DNA of 64,000 nucleotides from a bacterium (lineage in GTDB: Archaea > Thermoplasmatota > E2 > JACPAO01 > JAHFTW01). Location: contig JAZJZE010000009.1 in NCBI GenBank assembly GCA_040390065.1, positions 520,556 through 584,555 of the forward strand. The letters run 5' to 3'. Under the pieces are notes generated by a model. That model ran no database searches, had not been told where the DNA came from, and saw only the letters and a program-made list of their open reading frames with translations. Below, in pieces: positions 26,776 to 35,604 of the stretch. Position numbers and translations under genes: made by a program. How positions within the stretch are numbered: position 1 is the stretch's first letter; each line of letters opens with the position of its first letter.

Positions 26776-28314
26776 GTGGCAGGAGGGCGGCTGCGAAGTC
26801 TTGGCGTCCTGGTCGCCGTCGCAATCGTCGCCGTCGCGCTCGGCCAGGCCCAGACCAGTGGCCCTACGGATCTCGAATCGTCCCGTTGTTGGACGTGCCA
26901 CAAGGTCGGCGGCACTGTCGAGGGCACGCCGCTCAAGGTGATGTATTCCCTGCATCCGCCGGGCAGCCTGGCGCTAGCCCCGGGGACGCCGACACCGCTC
27001 AACCTCGAGGTGCGCAACGACTGGCTGGCAAACCTGCACAACATCGTGGGCACCCTTGACTTGTCGAAGGCGCCGTCGCTGGCGTTCCAGCCGCCGCCCG
27101 CGCCCGTGACTGGCGTCCACGTCGACGGCTCGCTGCCGTTTACCGCGACGCAACTCAACCAGCCGGAACGGACGACGGTGCTCAAACTGCCCGTGCCTGC
27201 TGGCGCCACGGACATCCGCGTCACGCTGTCGCCCACGCGCACGACGGGCGCCGACGCCCCCGACCTTGCTCTGCGCATCTGGGGCGACGGCATCTTCGCG
27301 CAGCCCGCCACCGCGCGCTCCGTCGACAACGCCGGAAAGGGCCTGCCCGAGGTGTTCCACACGAAGGACGCGGACACCATCGGCGCGCTGGGCTACGGCA
27401 ACTGGTCGGTGGCGGCCGTGCAAGCCGGCTTCTCGACGAAGCCCGATGCCGCGGCACTCGAGGAGCAGGGGTTCAGCATCGCCATCGACGCCTGGTTCAA
27501 CCTGACCGGCGACCGGACGCAATTCGTCGGCTCCACGGCGCGCCTCGACGGCAAGAGTGACGGCCCTCACTCGACCACTCTGACGTGGAACCTTTTCGTG
27601 CGTGCGCCGCCACACGTCGGCGAAGAGCTCGTGTTCACCGTGAACGCCGTCGCCTCGTTCCAGCATCCAGCACAGTTCAACGCCGTCGACGACTGGGCCT
27701 TCACCCAGACGCTGCACGTGCCCATCCAGCCACCGCCCCCCACGACGGACACCGGGGGACCACCGCCGCTTACGAACATCCAACTCAACACGACGCCCAC
27801 GCCGGACACCGCGTTGGAGGTTGACCATCTGGTCATCACGGAGAAGGCCGTCGGCGAGGCGGTCGGCTACTTCACGGCCTTCGTCATGGTCGTGAGCCTC
27901 GTCACGGGCGGAATCTTCGGCAGCGCCAGTCGCCGCGGCCTGAACCGCATCCTCACCAGTGCCCAGCGCCGCATCGCCTTCCACAACCTCACGAGCTACC
28001 TCATCCTCATCGCCGCCGCCGCACACACGTACTTGTTCATCCACGAAGCCGAATTCCCATGGACCTTGGGCTTGCTGTGGGGTGGCCTCGGCATCCTCGC
28101 ACTTGCAGCCCTTGGCGTGACGGGGGCATGGCAATTGCCGCTCATCCGCAGTTGGCATTACGGCCCCTGGCGCGTCGTGCACTACACGTGCGCCGTGCTC
28201 GCAGTCGTGTTCACCCTCCTGCACATGGGCCTCGACGGCATCCACTTCACGAACCTGCAGAAGGACGTAGGTTGGCAAGACCCGGTCGGGAAGTGGCTCG
28301 GCACCACCGCCTAA
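26776..28314 (+). CDS. Membrane redox protein: signal peptide, one CXXCH haem-c motif, large extracellular region, C-terminal 4-TM four-His (di-haem-b-like) domain
   Basis: ORF of 512 aa. CWTCH at residues 38-42. C-terminal helices contain FHNLTSYLILIAAAAH and HYTCAVLAVVFTLLH, each a His pair 14 residues apart. Confidence 0.7.
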   Translation: MAGGRLRSLGVLVAVAIVAVALGQAQTSGPTDLESSRCWTCHKVGGTVEGTPLKVMYSLHPPGSLALAPGTPTPLNLEVRNDWLANLHNIVGTLDLSKAPSLAFQPPPAPVTGVHVDGSLPFTATQLNQPERTTVLKLPVPAGATDIRVTLSPTRTTGADAPDLALRIWGDGIFAQPATARSVDNAGKGLPEVFHTKDADTIGALGYGNWSVAAVQAGFSTKPDAAALEEQGFSIAIDAWFNLTGDRTQFVGSTARLDGKSDGPHSTTLTWNLFVRAPPHVGEELVFTVNAVASFQHPAQFNAVDDWAFTQTLHVPIQPPPPTTDTGGPPPLTNIQLNTTPTPDTALEVDHLVITEKAVGEAVGYFTAFVMVVSLVTGGIFGSASRRGLNRILTSAQRRIAFHNLTSYLILIAAAAHTYLFIHEAEFPWTLGLLWGGLGILALAALGVTGAWQLPLIRSWHYGPWRVVHYTCAVLAVVFTLLHMGLDGIHFTNLQKDVGWQDPVGKWLGTTA

Positions 28315-28357
28315 AGGTTGAAGGGCAACCGTCAAGAGCCACCGCGCCCCATGGCGG

Positions 28358-29848
28358 ATGGCCATGCCGCCCGCCGCACCCACGACGACGGCGGAGGAGC
28401 CGCCCGCGGAAGGCGGGCTGCGGCGCGACCTGAACCTCTTCGGCGCCGTCTCGATGATCGTCGGCATCGTGATCGGCTCGGGCATCTTCATCGGTGTCAA
28501 CCGCGTGGCAGCCGGCGCCGGGTCGCCTTGGCTCATCATCCTCGTCTGGGTCATCGGTGGCCTTCTCACCTTGATGGGCGCCTTGACGTACGCGGAACTG
28601 GGCGTCATGTTCCCCCGCGCCGGCGGTCCGTACGTGTTCCTTCGCGAAGGACTCGGCCCGCTCCCCGCGTTCCTTGCCGGCTGGACGACCTTCACGGTCA
28701 ACCTCGCAGGCTCCGCCGCGGCTCTTGCCCTGGCCTTCGCGACGCAGTTCAACCAGTTGCGCCCCGGCGGCTGGATGCCGCTGTTTCCCGACCACCCGGA
28801 ATGGTCGGCCAAGATCATCGCAGCCTGCGTCATCCTGCTCATCGCGATCCTGAACTACTTCGGCCTGCGCCTCGGCGGCAACGTGCAGAAGTCGCTGACC
28901 GTGCTGAAGGGCACCCTCATGGTCTTCCTGGCAGCGGCGGCCCTCTTCTGGTTGGGCAACTCCGCGTCCCCCGTGCCGGGCCTGTTCGACGCGCCAGCAT
29001 ACCAGACGCAGGCCGCGGCCGCCGCCCCCGTCATCCATGAGGGTTTCGACCTCGCAGGATTCTTCGGACTGGCCCTCGTCGCAGCGCTGTTTGCGTACGA
29101 CGGCTGGACCAACGTCACGACCGTCGGCTCCGAGATCAAGAACCCGTCGCGCAACCTGCCGCGCGCAATGCTCCTCGGCATCGGCGCGGTCATCGTGCTC
29201 TACATCCTCCTGAGTTTCGGCTACATGCATGTCCTCGGCCTGCAGGGCTTCGCGGACGGCAAGTTCGCCGGCTTCGGCGACGCGAGCAAGGTCGCAGGCA
29301 ACACCGCCTCCGTGCTGTTCGGGGACGCCGGATTGCGCATCGTCGCCGCCACCATCCTCGTCTCGGTGCTTGGCAGCCTGAACGGCATCACGATTTCCGG
29401 GCCGCGTTACTACTACGCCATGGCGCGCGACGGGCTCTTCCCGCGCTTCTTCGGCGGCGTCAACCGGCACCATGTCCCCGGCCACTCCATCTGGGGGCAA
29501 GCCATCCTGAGCGTGCTGTTCCTGCTGTTTCTGGACTTCGACCAGCTCACCAACAACGTCGTCTTCGTCTCGCTCTTCTTCTACTCCCTGTGCGCCGTGG
29601 CTCTCCTGGTCCTGCGCCGGCGCCGCCCCGACTTGCCACGACCGTACAAGGTGCCGCTCTATCCCTGGATCCCCCTCACGTACATCGCGGCGAGCATGCT
29701 CTTTGCCGGCTACCTCACTTACCAAGCGGTGCTCGACGCAAGCGGCATGGCGTACCGCTTCCTCGGCCTCGCCATCATCGCGGCTGGCGTCCCGATGTAC
29801 TACGCCTTCCGCTGGTACTACCGCCGCGGGACGCCGCAGCCCAACTAG
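28358..29848 (+). CDS. APC-family amino acid/polyamine permease
   Basis: ORF of 496 aa with LFGAVSMIVGIVIGSGIFIG, TYAELGVMFPRAGGPYVFL and about 12 TM segments. Confidence 0.9.
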   Translation: MAMPPAAPTTTAEEPPAEGGLRRDLNLFGAVSMIVGIVIGSGIFIGVNRVAAGAGSPWLIILVWVIGGLLTLMGALTYAELGVMFPRAGGPYVFLREGLGPLPAFLAGWTTFTVNLAGSAAALALAFATQFNQLRPGGWMPLFPDHPEWSAKIIAACVILLIAILNYFGLRLGGNVQKSLTVLKGTLMVFLAAAALFWLGNSASPVPGLFDAPAYQTQAAAAAPVIHEGFDLAGFFGLALVAALFAYDGWTNVTTVGSEIKNPSRNLPRAMLLGIGAVIVLYILLSFGYMHVLGLQGFADGKFAGFGDASKVAGNTASVLFGDAGLRIVAATILVSVLGSLNGITISGPRYYYAMARDGLFPRFFGGVNRHHVPGHSIWGQAILSVLFLLFLDFDQLTNNVVFVSLFFYSLCAVALLVLRRRRPDLPRPYKVPLYPWIPLTYIAASMLFAGYLTYQAVLDASGMAYRFLGLAIIAAGVPMYYAFRWYYRRGTPQPN

Positions 29849-30645
29849 GGCACGAGTCCCCGCAGGGCCGCCGAAACTTGGCCGTACTCCCACGGCGACA
29901 CCTGGGTTGCGGTCCGAGCCCCGACTTGCAGCTGCTCCTGCACTTGCGTGATGGCTGCGGACGGCAACCCGAGGTCGCCGGCAAGGGGAGCAAGGCTGTG
30001 CCGCAGCGTCCGCTTGCGCGCCGACCAGGCCGCATCGAGGACGACATCGAGCAACGCGAAATCCACGGTCGGGTCTGGCGCCTTCGGCACGACGGCGACG
30101 ACATGCGATGCCACGTCGGGCGGCGGATGGAAGTCGTGCCGGCGAAGAGGGAACAGCGCCTTCGACTTGGCCCGCAACGCCATCTGCACGGTGAGTTTGC
30201 CATAGGCCTCGTCGCCTGGCTTCGCGGTCAAGCGCTCGGCGAGTTCGCGGGGCATGACCAGCACGGCGCGGCCGAAACCGTGCTCCAGCAGGCGCGCAAG
30301 AAGACCCGGAATGATGCGGTAGGGCGGATTTGCCACCACGGCGTCGATGCGCGCCGGCAGCCGGACCTTGAGGGCGTCACCGGTCGTCACGGTCAGACCC
30401 GGAAGGGCGAGTGCCTCGAGGGACTGCGCCAGGGCCGGCGCCTTCTCCACGGCGACGACCGACCCGCCTGGAGCGACGCCCGTGCACAGCAGGCGCGTGA
30501 TGGCGCCGGCGCCGGCCCCCACGTCGAGGACGTGCTCACCGGGCCGCAGCGCAGCGGCCTCGACGATGCGCGCCACCGCCGACCCGGCCGGGTCGAGGAA
30601 GTGGGCGCCGCGACTGCGCCGGTCGGGGTCGGTGCGCTTCGCCAC
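29845..30645 (-). CDS. rsmA: 16S rRNA (adenine1518/1519-N6)-dimethyltransferase KsgA/Dim1
   Basis: C-terminal part of ORF 29845..31182. HFLDPAGSAVARIV, the SAM motif VLDVGAGAGAITRLL and VVANPPYRI. GTG 30645 or TTG 30660 is the start. Confidence 0.88.
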   Translation of the reverse strand: MAKRTDPDRRSRGAHFLDPAGSAVARIVEAAALRPGEHVLDVGAGAGAITRLLCTGVAPGGSVVAVEKAPALAQSLEALALPGLTVTTGDALKVRLPARIDAVVANPPYRIIPGLLARLLEHGFGRAVLVMPRELAERLTAKPGDEAYGKLTVQMALRAKSKALFPLRRHDFHPPPDVASHVVAVVPKAPDPTVDFALLDVVLDAAWSARKRTLRHSLAPLAGDLGLPSAAITQVQEQLQVGARTATQVSPWEYGQVSAALRGLVP

Positions 30646-30697
30646 GCCGCGGGCAGGCAACCCAAGACCTAAACCCCCTCCCCGTAGTGGCGCAAGC

Positions 30698-32407
30698 GTG
30701 GCCCCGGCCGAGGAGCATGACCCGCTGCAACTGGCGATGCTGCTGGCCGACGCCGCGACGGTGGCGTGGCGTCGCATCGCGGACAACAGCGACCGGCACG
30801 ACAAGGTCGGCCTCGGCGCCGGGGGCAACCTCACGTCGAAGGCCGACTTGGAACTCGAGACCGCGATTCTTGCCAAGGCGGCTGAACTGGGCCTGACCGT
30901 GCTGTCGGAGGAGGTGGGCCTGGTCGACAAAGGCTCGCGCCTCATCGCCGTCGTCGACCCTCTCGACGGCTCCCGCAACGCCGGCCGCGGCATCCCGTTC
31001 CATTGCACGAGCATCGCCATCGGCGACAAGGGCGGCGCCCTCTCGACGCTGCATGCCGGCGTGGTTCGCAACCTCGTGACGGGGGACACGTACACGGCCG
31101 TGCGCGGCAACGGGGCATGGTGCAACGGTAAGCCCGTCAAGCCGTCGCCGTTCCACGCTGATGAAGTCATGGTTGGCATCATCGCCGACTACTCGGACAC
31201 CGAGATTGCCGAAGCGCACGCCAACCGCAACCACCACATCCGCGACCTCGGCTCTGCGGCGCTGGAGATGTGCCTCGTGGGGACCGGCGCGATGGATGCC
31301 TTCATCGTGCGCAAGCCGTGGCTGCGCGTCGTCGACATCGCCGCCGCGACCTTGTTCGTGCGCGAAGCGGGCGGTTCCGTCCATGATCCACTCACCGGTC
31401 GCGACCTGGAGGTGCCCTTCGACATGTCGGCCCGCTGCGCCGTGCGCGCCGCCCACAGCGCCGAGGCACGCCAGGCCGTCTCGGGAATGCGCTTGCCCGT
31501 GCGCACACCGTCCGGACGCATGACGGGGCCACTCTTGCGCGGCGAGGCCAGCCTCGACGAGCCCGGGGCAATGCCGCTTGTGTGGGCCCTGGTCGGCAAG
31601 GCCGGGATTCCCCACATCCGCAAGGAGGCAACCTGGGTGCGCGACCACCTGCGGCAACGCGGCCAGACCGTCCTCGTCGAGCACGACCTCGCGGCAGCCT
31701 TCGGCGACAAGCCGCACACCTTCGAGGAGCTCGACCGCCTCGCGGACATCTTTCTCACCGTGGGGGGCGACGGCACCATCCTTCTCGCGCTGTCGCACAC
31801 GGACAAGCCCATCTTCGGCGTCAATGCAGGCGCCATCGGTTTCCTGTCCGAACTCGAGCCGCCGCAAGCCGCGCAAGGCATCGACCAGGTCATCCGCGGC
31901 GACTACCGCATCGAGGAACGCGACAAGCTGTCCGCCTGGCTCGACGAGACACGGCTGCCCGACGCCACGAACGAGGTGACGCTGCAGACGAGCCGCATCG
32001 CCAAACTCATCCGCTTCCAGATCACGGTGTCGGGGGAAATGCTCGACACGCTGCGCGGCGACGGCATCATCGTGTCCACGGCGACCGGCTCGACGGGCTA
32101 CGCCATGTCCGTCGGTGGGCCCCTCGTGCATCCACTCGTGCACGGCACCGTACTCGCCCCGATTGCGCCCTTTCGCCTCTCCGCTCGGCCCTGGGTCGTC
32201 CCCGCCGACGCCGTCGTCGAGGTCACCCTGCTCGACCGTGACTCCGCCCAAGGCGAGCAGCAGGCGCGCGTCGTCGTCGACGGCCAGCACGGCTTCGACA
32301 TCGCGCCCGGCGCCAAGGTCCGCATCGCGCCCTCGCCGCGCAAGGCTCGCTTCATCCGGCTCGGCTCCGGCTTCTACGAACGTGTGCGTACCAAGTTGAC
32401 GAGGTAA
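30698..32407 (+). CDS. Bifunctional NADP phosphatase (IMPase-like) / NAD kinase, MJ0917-type fusion
   Basis: In frame with ORF 30347..32407, starting at GTG 30698. The N-terminal half has IMPase motifs (VLSEE, VVDPLDGSRN, WLRVVDIAAA). The C-terminal half has NAD kinase motifs (LTVGGDGTIL, NEV, DGIIVSTATGSTGYAMS). Confidence 0.88.
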   Translation: MAPAEEHDPLQLAMLLADAATVAWRRIADNSDRHDKVGLGAGGNLTSKADLELETAILAKAAELGLTVLSEEVGLVDKGSRLIAVVDPLDGSRNAGRGIPFHCTSIAIGDKGGALSTLHAGVVRNLVTGDTYTAVRGNGAWCNGKPVKPSPFHADEVMVGIIADYSDTEIAEAHANRNHHIRDLGSAALEMCLVGTGAMDAFIVRKPWLRVVDIAAATLFVREAGGSVHDPLTGRDLEVPFDMSARCAVRAAHSAEARQAVSGMRLPVRTPSGRMTGPLLRGEASLDEPGAMPLVWALVGKAGIPHIRKEATWVRDHLRQRGQTVLVEHDLAAAFGDKPHTFEELDRLADIFLTVGGDGTILLALSHTDKPIFGVNAGAIGFLSELEPPQAAQGIDQVIRGDYRIEERDKLSAWLDETRLPDATNEVTLQTSRIAKLIRFQITVSGEMLDTLRGDGIIVSTATGSTGYAMSVGGPLVHPLVHGTVLAPIAPFRLSARPWVVPADAVVEVTLLDRDSAQGEQQARVVVDGQHGFDIAPGAKVRIAPSPRKARFIRLGSGFYERVRTKLTR

Positions 32408-32409
32408 CA

Positions 32410-32955
32410 ATGGGCCTCTTCGGCCGCAAACGGAAGTTGCGTGAACGCGTCATCCGCGCCGATTACCGCAACTTGCCGGAGGAGGAGTGGACGGACGACG
32501 AGTACGACCATTGGCTGCAGTCGCTCACCGACCAGGAGTATTGGGAGTACTGGGAAGACTGGAGCAAGGAGGCCGTCGAGCATCCGACCATCAAGGGCGT
32601 CCGACGCTCGGTGCTGCAAATGGCCGCCGAATGCGCCAAGGCGAGCTACCCGCAGGAGTTCGGCTCCATGCTTCGCGTCGAGAAAGGCATCATCACAGAA
32701 CTCATCCTCGTCCCCGGCACCATCCAGGGCGACCGGCACGCCATCTTCCAGTTCCAGATGCTTCCCGTCGACCGCAGCATCAACGGCACGCTGCACAGCC
32801 ACCCGAGTCCGCACCCGTATCCGAGTGACGCCGACTTCGCGCTCTTCGAGAAGTATGGCTCCATCCACATCATCTACGGCCACCCCTACGGCCCGGAGGA
32901 TTGGCGCTGCTACGACCACACGGGGACGCCGACGAAGCTCCGCATCCTGGACTAA
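32410..32955 (+). CDS. JAB1/MPN/Mov34 (JAMM) metalloprotease with acidic Trp/Tyr-rich N-terminal extension
   Basis: ORF of 181 aa. EFGSML (Glu) plus GTLHSHPSPHPYPSDADF give the E...HxH...S..D JAMM motif. Confidence 0.8.
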   Translation: MGLFGRKRKLRERVIRADYRNLPEEEWTDDEYDHWLQSLTDQEYWEYWEDWSKEAVEHPTIKGVRRSVLQMAAECAKASYPQEFGSMLRVEKGIITELILVPGTIQGDRHAIFQFQMLPVDRSINGTLHSHPSPHPYPSDADFALFEKYGSIHIIYGHPYGPEDWRCYDHTGTPTKLRILD

Positions 32956-34442
32956 GTGTATCCTTCCGAGCGCGGGTCGGGCCGGACCATGTTGGACAAG
33001 AGCGAGTCGCCGATGAGCTGCTTTGCCAGCACGGGGTCGCGGTCCATGCAGGCCTTCAGGCTCGCGGCGGCCTTGGTGGCTTCACCGCGCGCCGCGTGCA
33101 CGCAGGCCCACAGGTAGTCGCGTGTGGCGTCGCTCCCCCGCCAACCCTCGAGGGTCTGCGCGGCGGCCTCGCTCCGGTCGGTCAGGAGTTGCGCGACGGC
33201 GAGCTGCGTGCGCACCGCGGCGGCGTAGCGCCGCAGCCGGAGCATGCGTGGCTTGGTCGCAGCGATCACGCCCTCGTAGTCGCCCGCCTCCATGGCGAGC
33301 TTGGCAGTGGCGAGTTGCCGCAGGGTCCGCCGGTGCAGCGACCAGGCAGCGGCGGCCGCGGCGGCGACGACGACGAGGGCGACCGTCGCCGTCGGGAGGA
33401 TGGGGAACCCGGAGGGGGCGGACCCAAAGGACGCCGGCCTGCCGTCGACGGACGCGGCCGTGGGGTTGCCCTTGACGTCCAGGAGGAAGGATCCCGCCTG
33501 CAATCCGGAGAACTCCGTGACGAAGCGCCCCTCGAGCCAGTCGCCGTCGCGCAGCGTGCGCACGCCGTCCGCCGTGGTGACCGTCCCCTGCGGCGTCTCC
33601 AGCGTGATGCGGCCGTCCACGGCTCCCGAGACGGGGCGAAGCTCCAAGCCCGTCGCGGATCCCACGGGCATGATGGCGTCCAGCGTGGCCCCGTGCACCT
33701 CCAGGAAGATCTGGCGCTCCTCGTAGCGACCGACGGTGTCGTAGCCGCCCGCCGAAGGGACTACTGGCTGGTATTGGTAGCCCGATGTTGCCGTGACGAC
33801 GTCCCCGCCGGACGAAATCGAGACGTCCCACTCCCACAGGGTGATCGCGAAGTCACCCTCGATGCGCACGTCGCGCAGCCCGTCGTTGCCGATGGCCACG
33901 CCCGGCAAGGCCCCGGCCTCGAGCGACGGGCGGTCCGTTGGGACGCGGCGTGCCGGCTCCTTGGCGACCGCATCGGTCGGTGCCAGGTTGGCCGAGATGG
34001 CCTGCGCGTGGACCGTGGGAAGCGGACGTCCCGGCAAGGGCGCCACGAAGAACAAGAAACCTTGCCGGACTGCGCGCGTTGCCAGATGCACATCCGTGAC
34101 GTCGAGGGGAGGCTCGGTGTGCCGGTCTGGGGCGCCGGCGTACGGGCTGCCCATGGCCGTCTCGACGTCTGTCTCGAGATGCAGGGTCCGGGCAGACAAG
34201 CGCAGCTGTGCCGGAGGCAGGCGTGAGGCGGGTGCTGGTTGGGGCGGGCCCAGCGGCAACGGCAGACTGACGGGCACATCCGGATCCCCGGTCGAGTGGA
34301 ATGCGGACAGGGAACCATCCACGGTGACCGACCCACCCAGCGAGGCGCCGGCGACGTTGGCCTGCAGGATGGCTGGCGGACCCTCGCCCGATGCCAAGGG
34401 CAGCATGAGCACGAGGGTGAGGAGTGCGGCCTGGAAGCGCAT
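32952..34442 (-). CDS. Hypothetical type-I membrane protein (signal, large ectodomain, one TM, helical cytoplasmic tail)
   Basis: Within ORF 32952..34541. ATG 34442 gives MRFQAALLTLVLMLPLASG. The TM segment is ATVALVVVAAAAAAAW and the tail is TPR-like and helical. It begins 2 nt after the FN3 gene. Confidence 0.6.
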   Translation of the reverse strand: MRFQAALLTLVLMLPLASGEGPPAILQANVAGASLGGSVTVDGSLSAFHSTGDPDVPVSLPLPLGPPQPAPASRLPPAQLRLSARTLHLETDVETAMGSPYAGAPDRHTEPPLDVTDVHLATRAVRQGFLFFVAPLPGRPLPTVHAQAISANLAPTDAVAKEPARRVPTDRPSLEAGALPGVAIGNDGLRDVRIEGDFAITLWEWDVSISSGGDVVTATSGYQYQPVVPSAGGYDTVGRYEERQIFLEVHGATLDAIMPVGSATGLELRPVSGAVDGRITLETPQGTVTTADGVRTLRDGDWLEGRFVTEFSGLQAGSFLLDVKGNPTAASVDGRPASFGSAPSGFPILPTATVALVVVAAAAAAAWSLHRRTLRQLATAKLAMEAGDYEGVIAATKPRMLRLRRYAAAVRTQLAVAQLLTDRSEAAAQTLEGWRGSDATRDYLWACVHAARGEATKAAASLKACMDRDPVLAKQLIGDSLLSNMVRPDPRSEGYT

Positions 34443-34443
34443 G

Positions 34444-34965
34444 CTACACCGGAAGCGGGAACAGGCAGGACACATGGACGTCGTAGTACGGCGGCGACGT
34501 GTAGACGCTTGCAACACTGCAGTGGGGGTAATTGTCGACATCCTTGTTCGTGACGGGGAGAGACGGGATGCTTTCCGAGGGCGCGGCGCTGCCGTACGTC
34601 GCCGTCACGAAGTAGACGTAGGTGTCCGCGTCGTCGGCCCACGCATCGTGGACGGAAGTGCGCGCCGGGTTGAGCTGGATGGATATCGTCTGGCCCTCCT
34701 GGTCCGGCCCGGGGACTCGGTAGACGGTGTATCCTGTCAGCGGCAGTCCGCCGACGTTGCTTGGCGGGTCCCAACTCACGCGGTAGCCGGCGTTGGCCGC
34801 CGTGATGGTGACGTTCTGCGGCGCGTCCAGCGATTGGCCGCCGTAGGCGTCGATCGTGTACCCATCCGAGTCGTCGACGGAGATGGACAGGTCGGCCGTC
34901 GCGGTGGGAGCCGCCAAGAGCGACACGACCAAGGCGAGGGGTGCAAAGACGGCAAATCGGCGCAT
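34444..34965 (-). CDS. Secreted fibronectin type III domain protein
   Basis: ORF of 173 aa. Signal MRRFAVFAPLALVVSLLAAPTATA. APQNVTITAANAGYRVSWDPP...PLTGYTVYR is an FN3 signature. Confidence 0.7.
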   Translation of the reverse strand: MRRFAVFAPLALVVSLLAAPTATADLSISVDDSDGYTIDAYGGQSLDAPQNVTITAANAGYRVSWDPPSNVGGLPLTGYTVYRVPGPDQEGQTISIQLNPARTSVHDAWADDADTYVYFVTATYGSAAPSESIPSLPVTNKDVDNYPHCSVASVYTSPPYYDVHVSCLFPLPV

Positions 34966-35106
34966 GACACATCACCCAGATGGAGCGGCTGGAGGAGCAG
35001 GTCGGTGGTATATGACGCGATGCTCCGCGGCAGCGTCCATGGGGGGAAACCACGAGCAAGCATTTTTGTGTCTGAAGGCAGTGTCCCTGGCCACGGGTCG
35101 GCCGCC

Positions 35107-35589
35107 GTGACACGCCTTGACGAGACGAACGTCCAGCTTCTGCTGCTCCTTCAGAAGGACGGCCGCATGAGCGTTGCTGACCTTGCCACGGCCGTCGGCC
35201 GCTCCGAATCGACGGTCCGAGAGCGCATGGGTTCGCTGGAGCGCGAAGGCTTGCTGCGCGGCTACCACGCGGACATCGACTGGTCACGCGCCGGCCTCCC
35301 CGCAAGCGTCGTCCTGCACGCCCGCTGCGACCCGGCCAAACTGCCGGAACTCCGGCGCCGCCTTGCCAGCCTGCCCAACGTGACGGCGGCCTCCGTCGTC
35401 ACTGGGGACCGCCCGCTCATGGCCCACCTCCAGGTGCGCGACATGCAGCACCTCCGGGAAATCCTGCAACGCAGCCTGCCGGACCTGGTTGCGCCCGAGG
35501 CCCGAGTCGTGCTCGAGTCGCTCGTCGACTGGCGCCCACCCACCGTGCCCGGCGCCGGCGCCGACCTCGACCCTCCAAGCCGCGGGTAG
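35107..35589 (+). CDS. Lrp/AsnC-family transcriptional regulator
   Basis: C-terminal part of ORF 33793..35589 from GTG 35107. LDETNVQLLLLLQKDGRMSVADLATAVGRSESTVRERMGSLEREGLLRGY plus a RAM-like C-terminal domain. Confidence 0.85.
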   Translation: MTRLDETNVQLLLLLQKDGRMSVADLATAVGRSESTVRERMGSLEREGLLRGYHADIDWSRAGLPASVVLHARCDPAKLPELRRRLASLPNVTAASVVTGDRPLMAHLQVRDMQHLREILQRSLPDLVAPEARVVLESLVDWRPPTVPGAGADLDPPSRG

Positions 35590-35604
35590 CCAGGCGGCGT
35601 CGCG

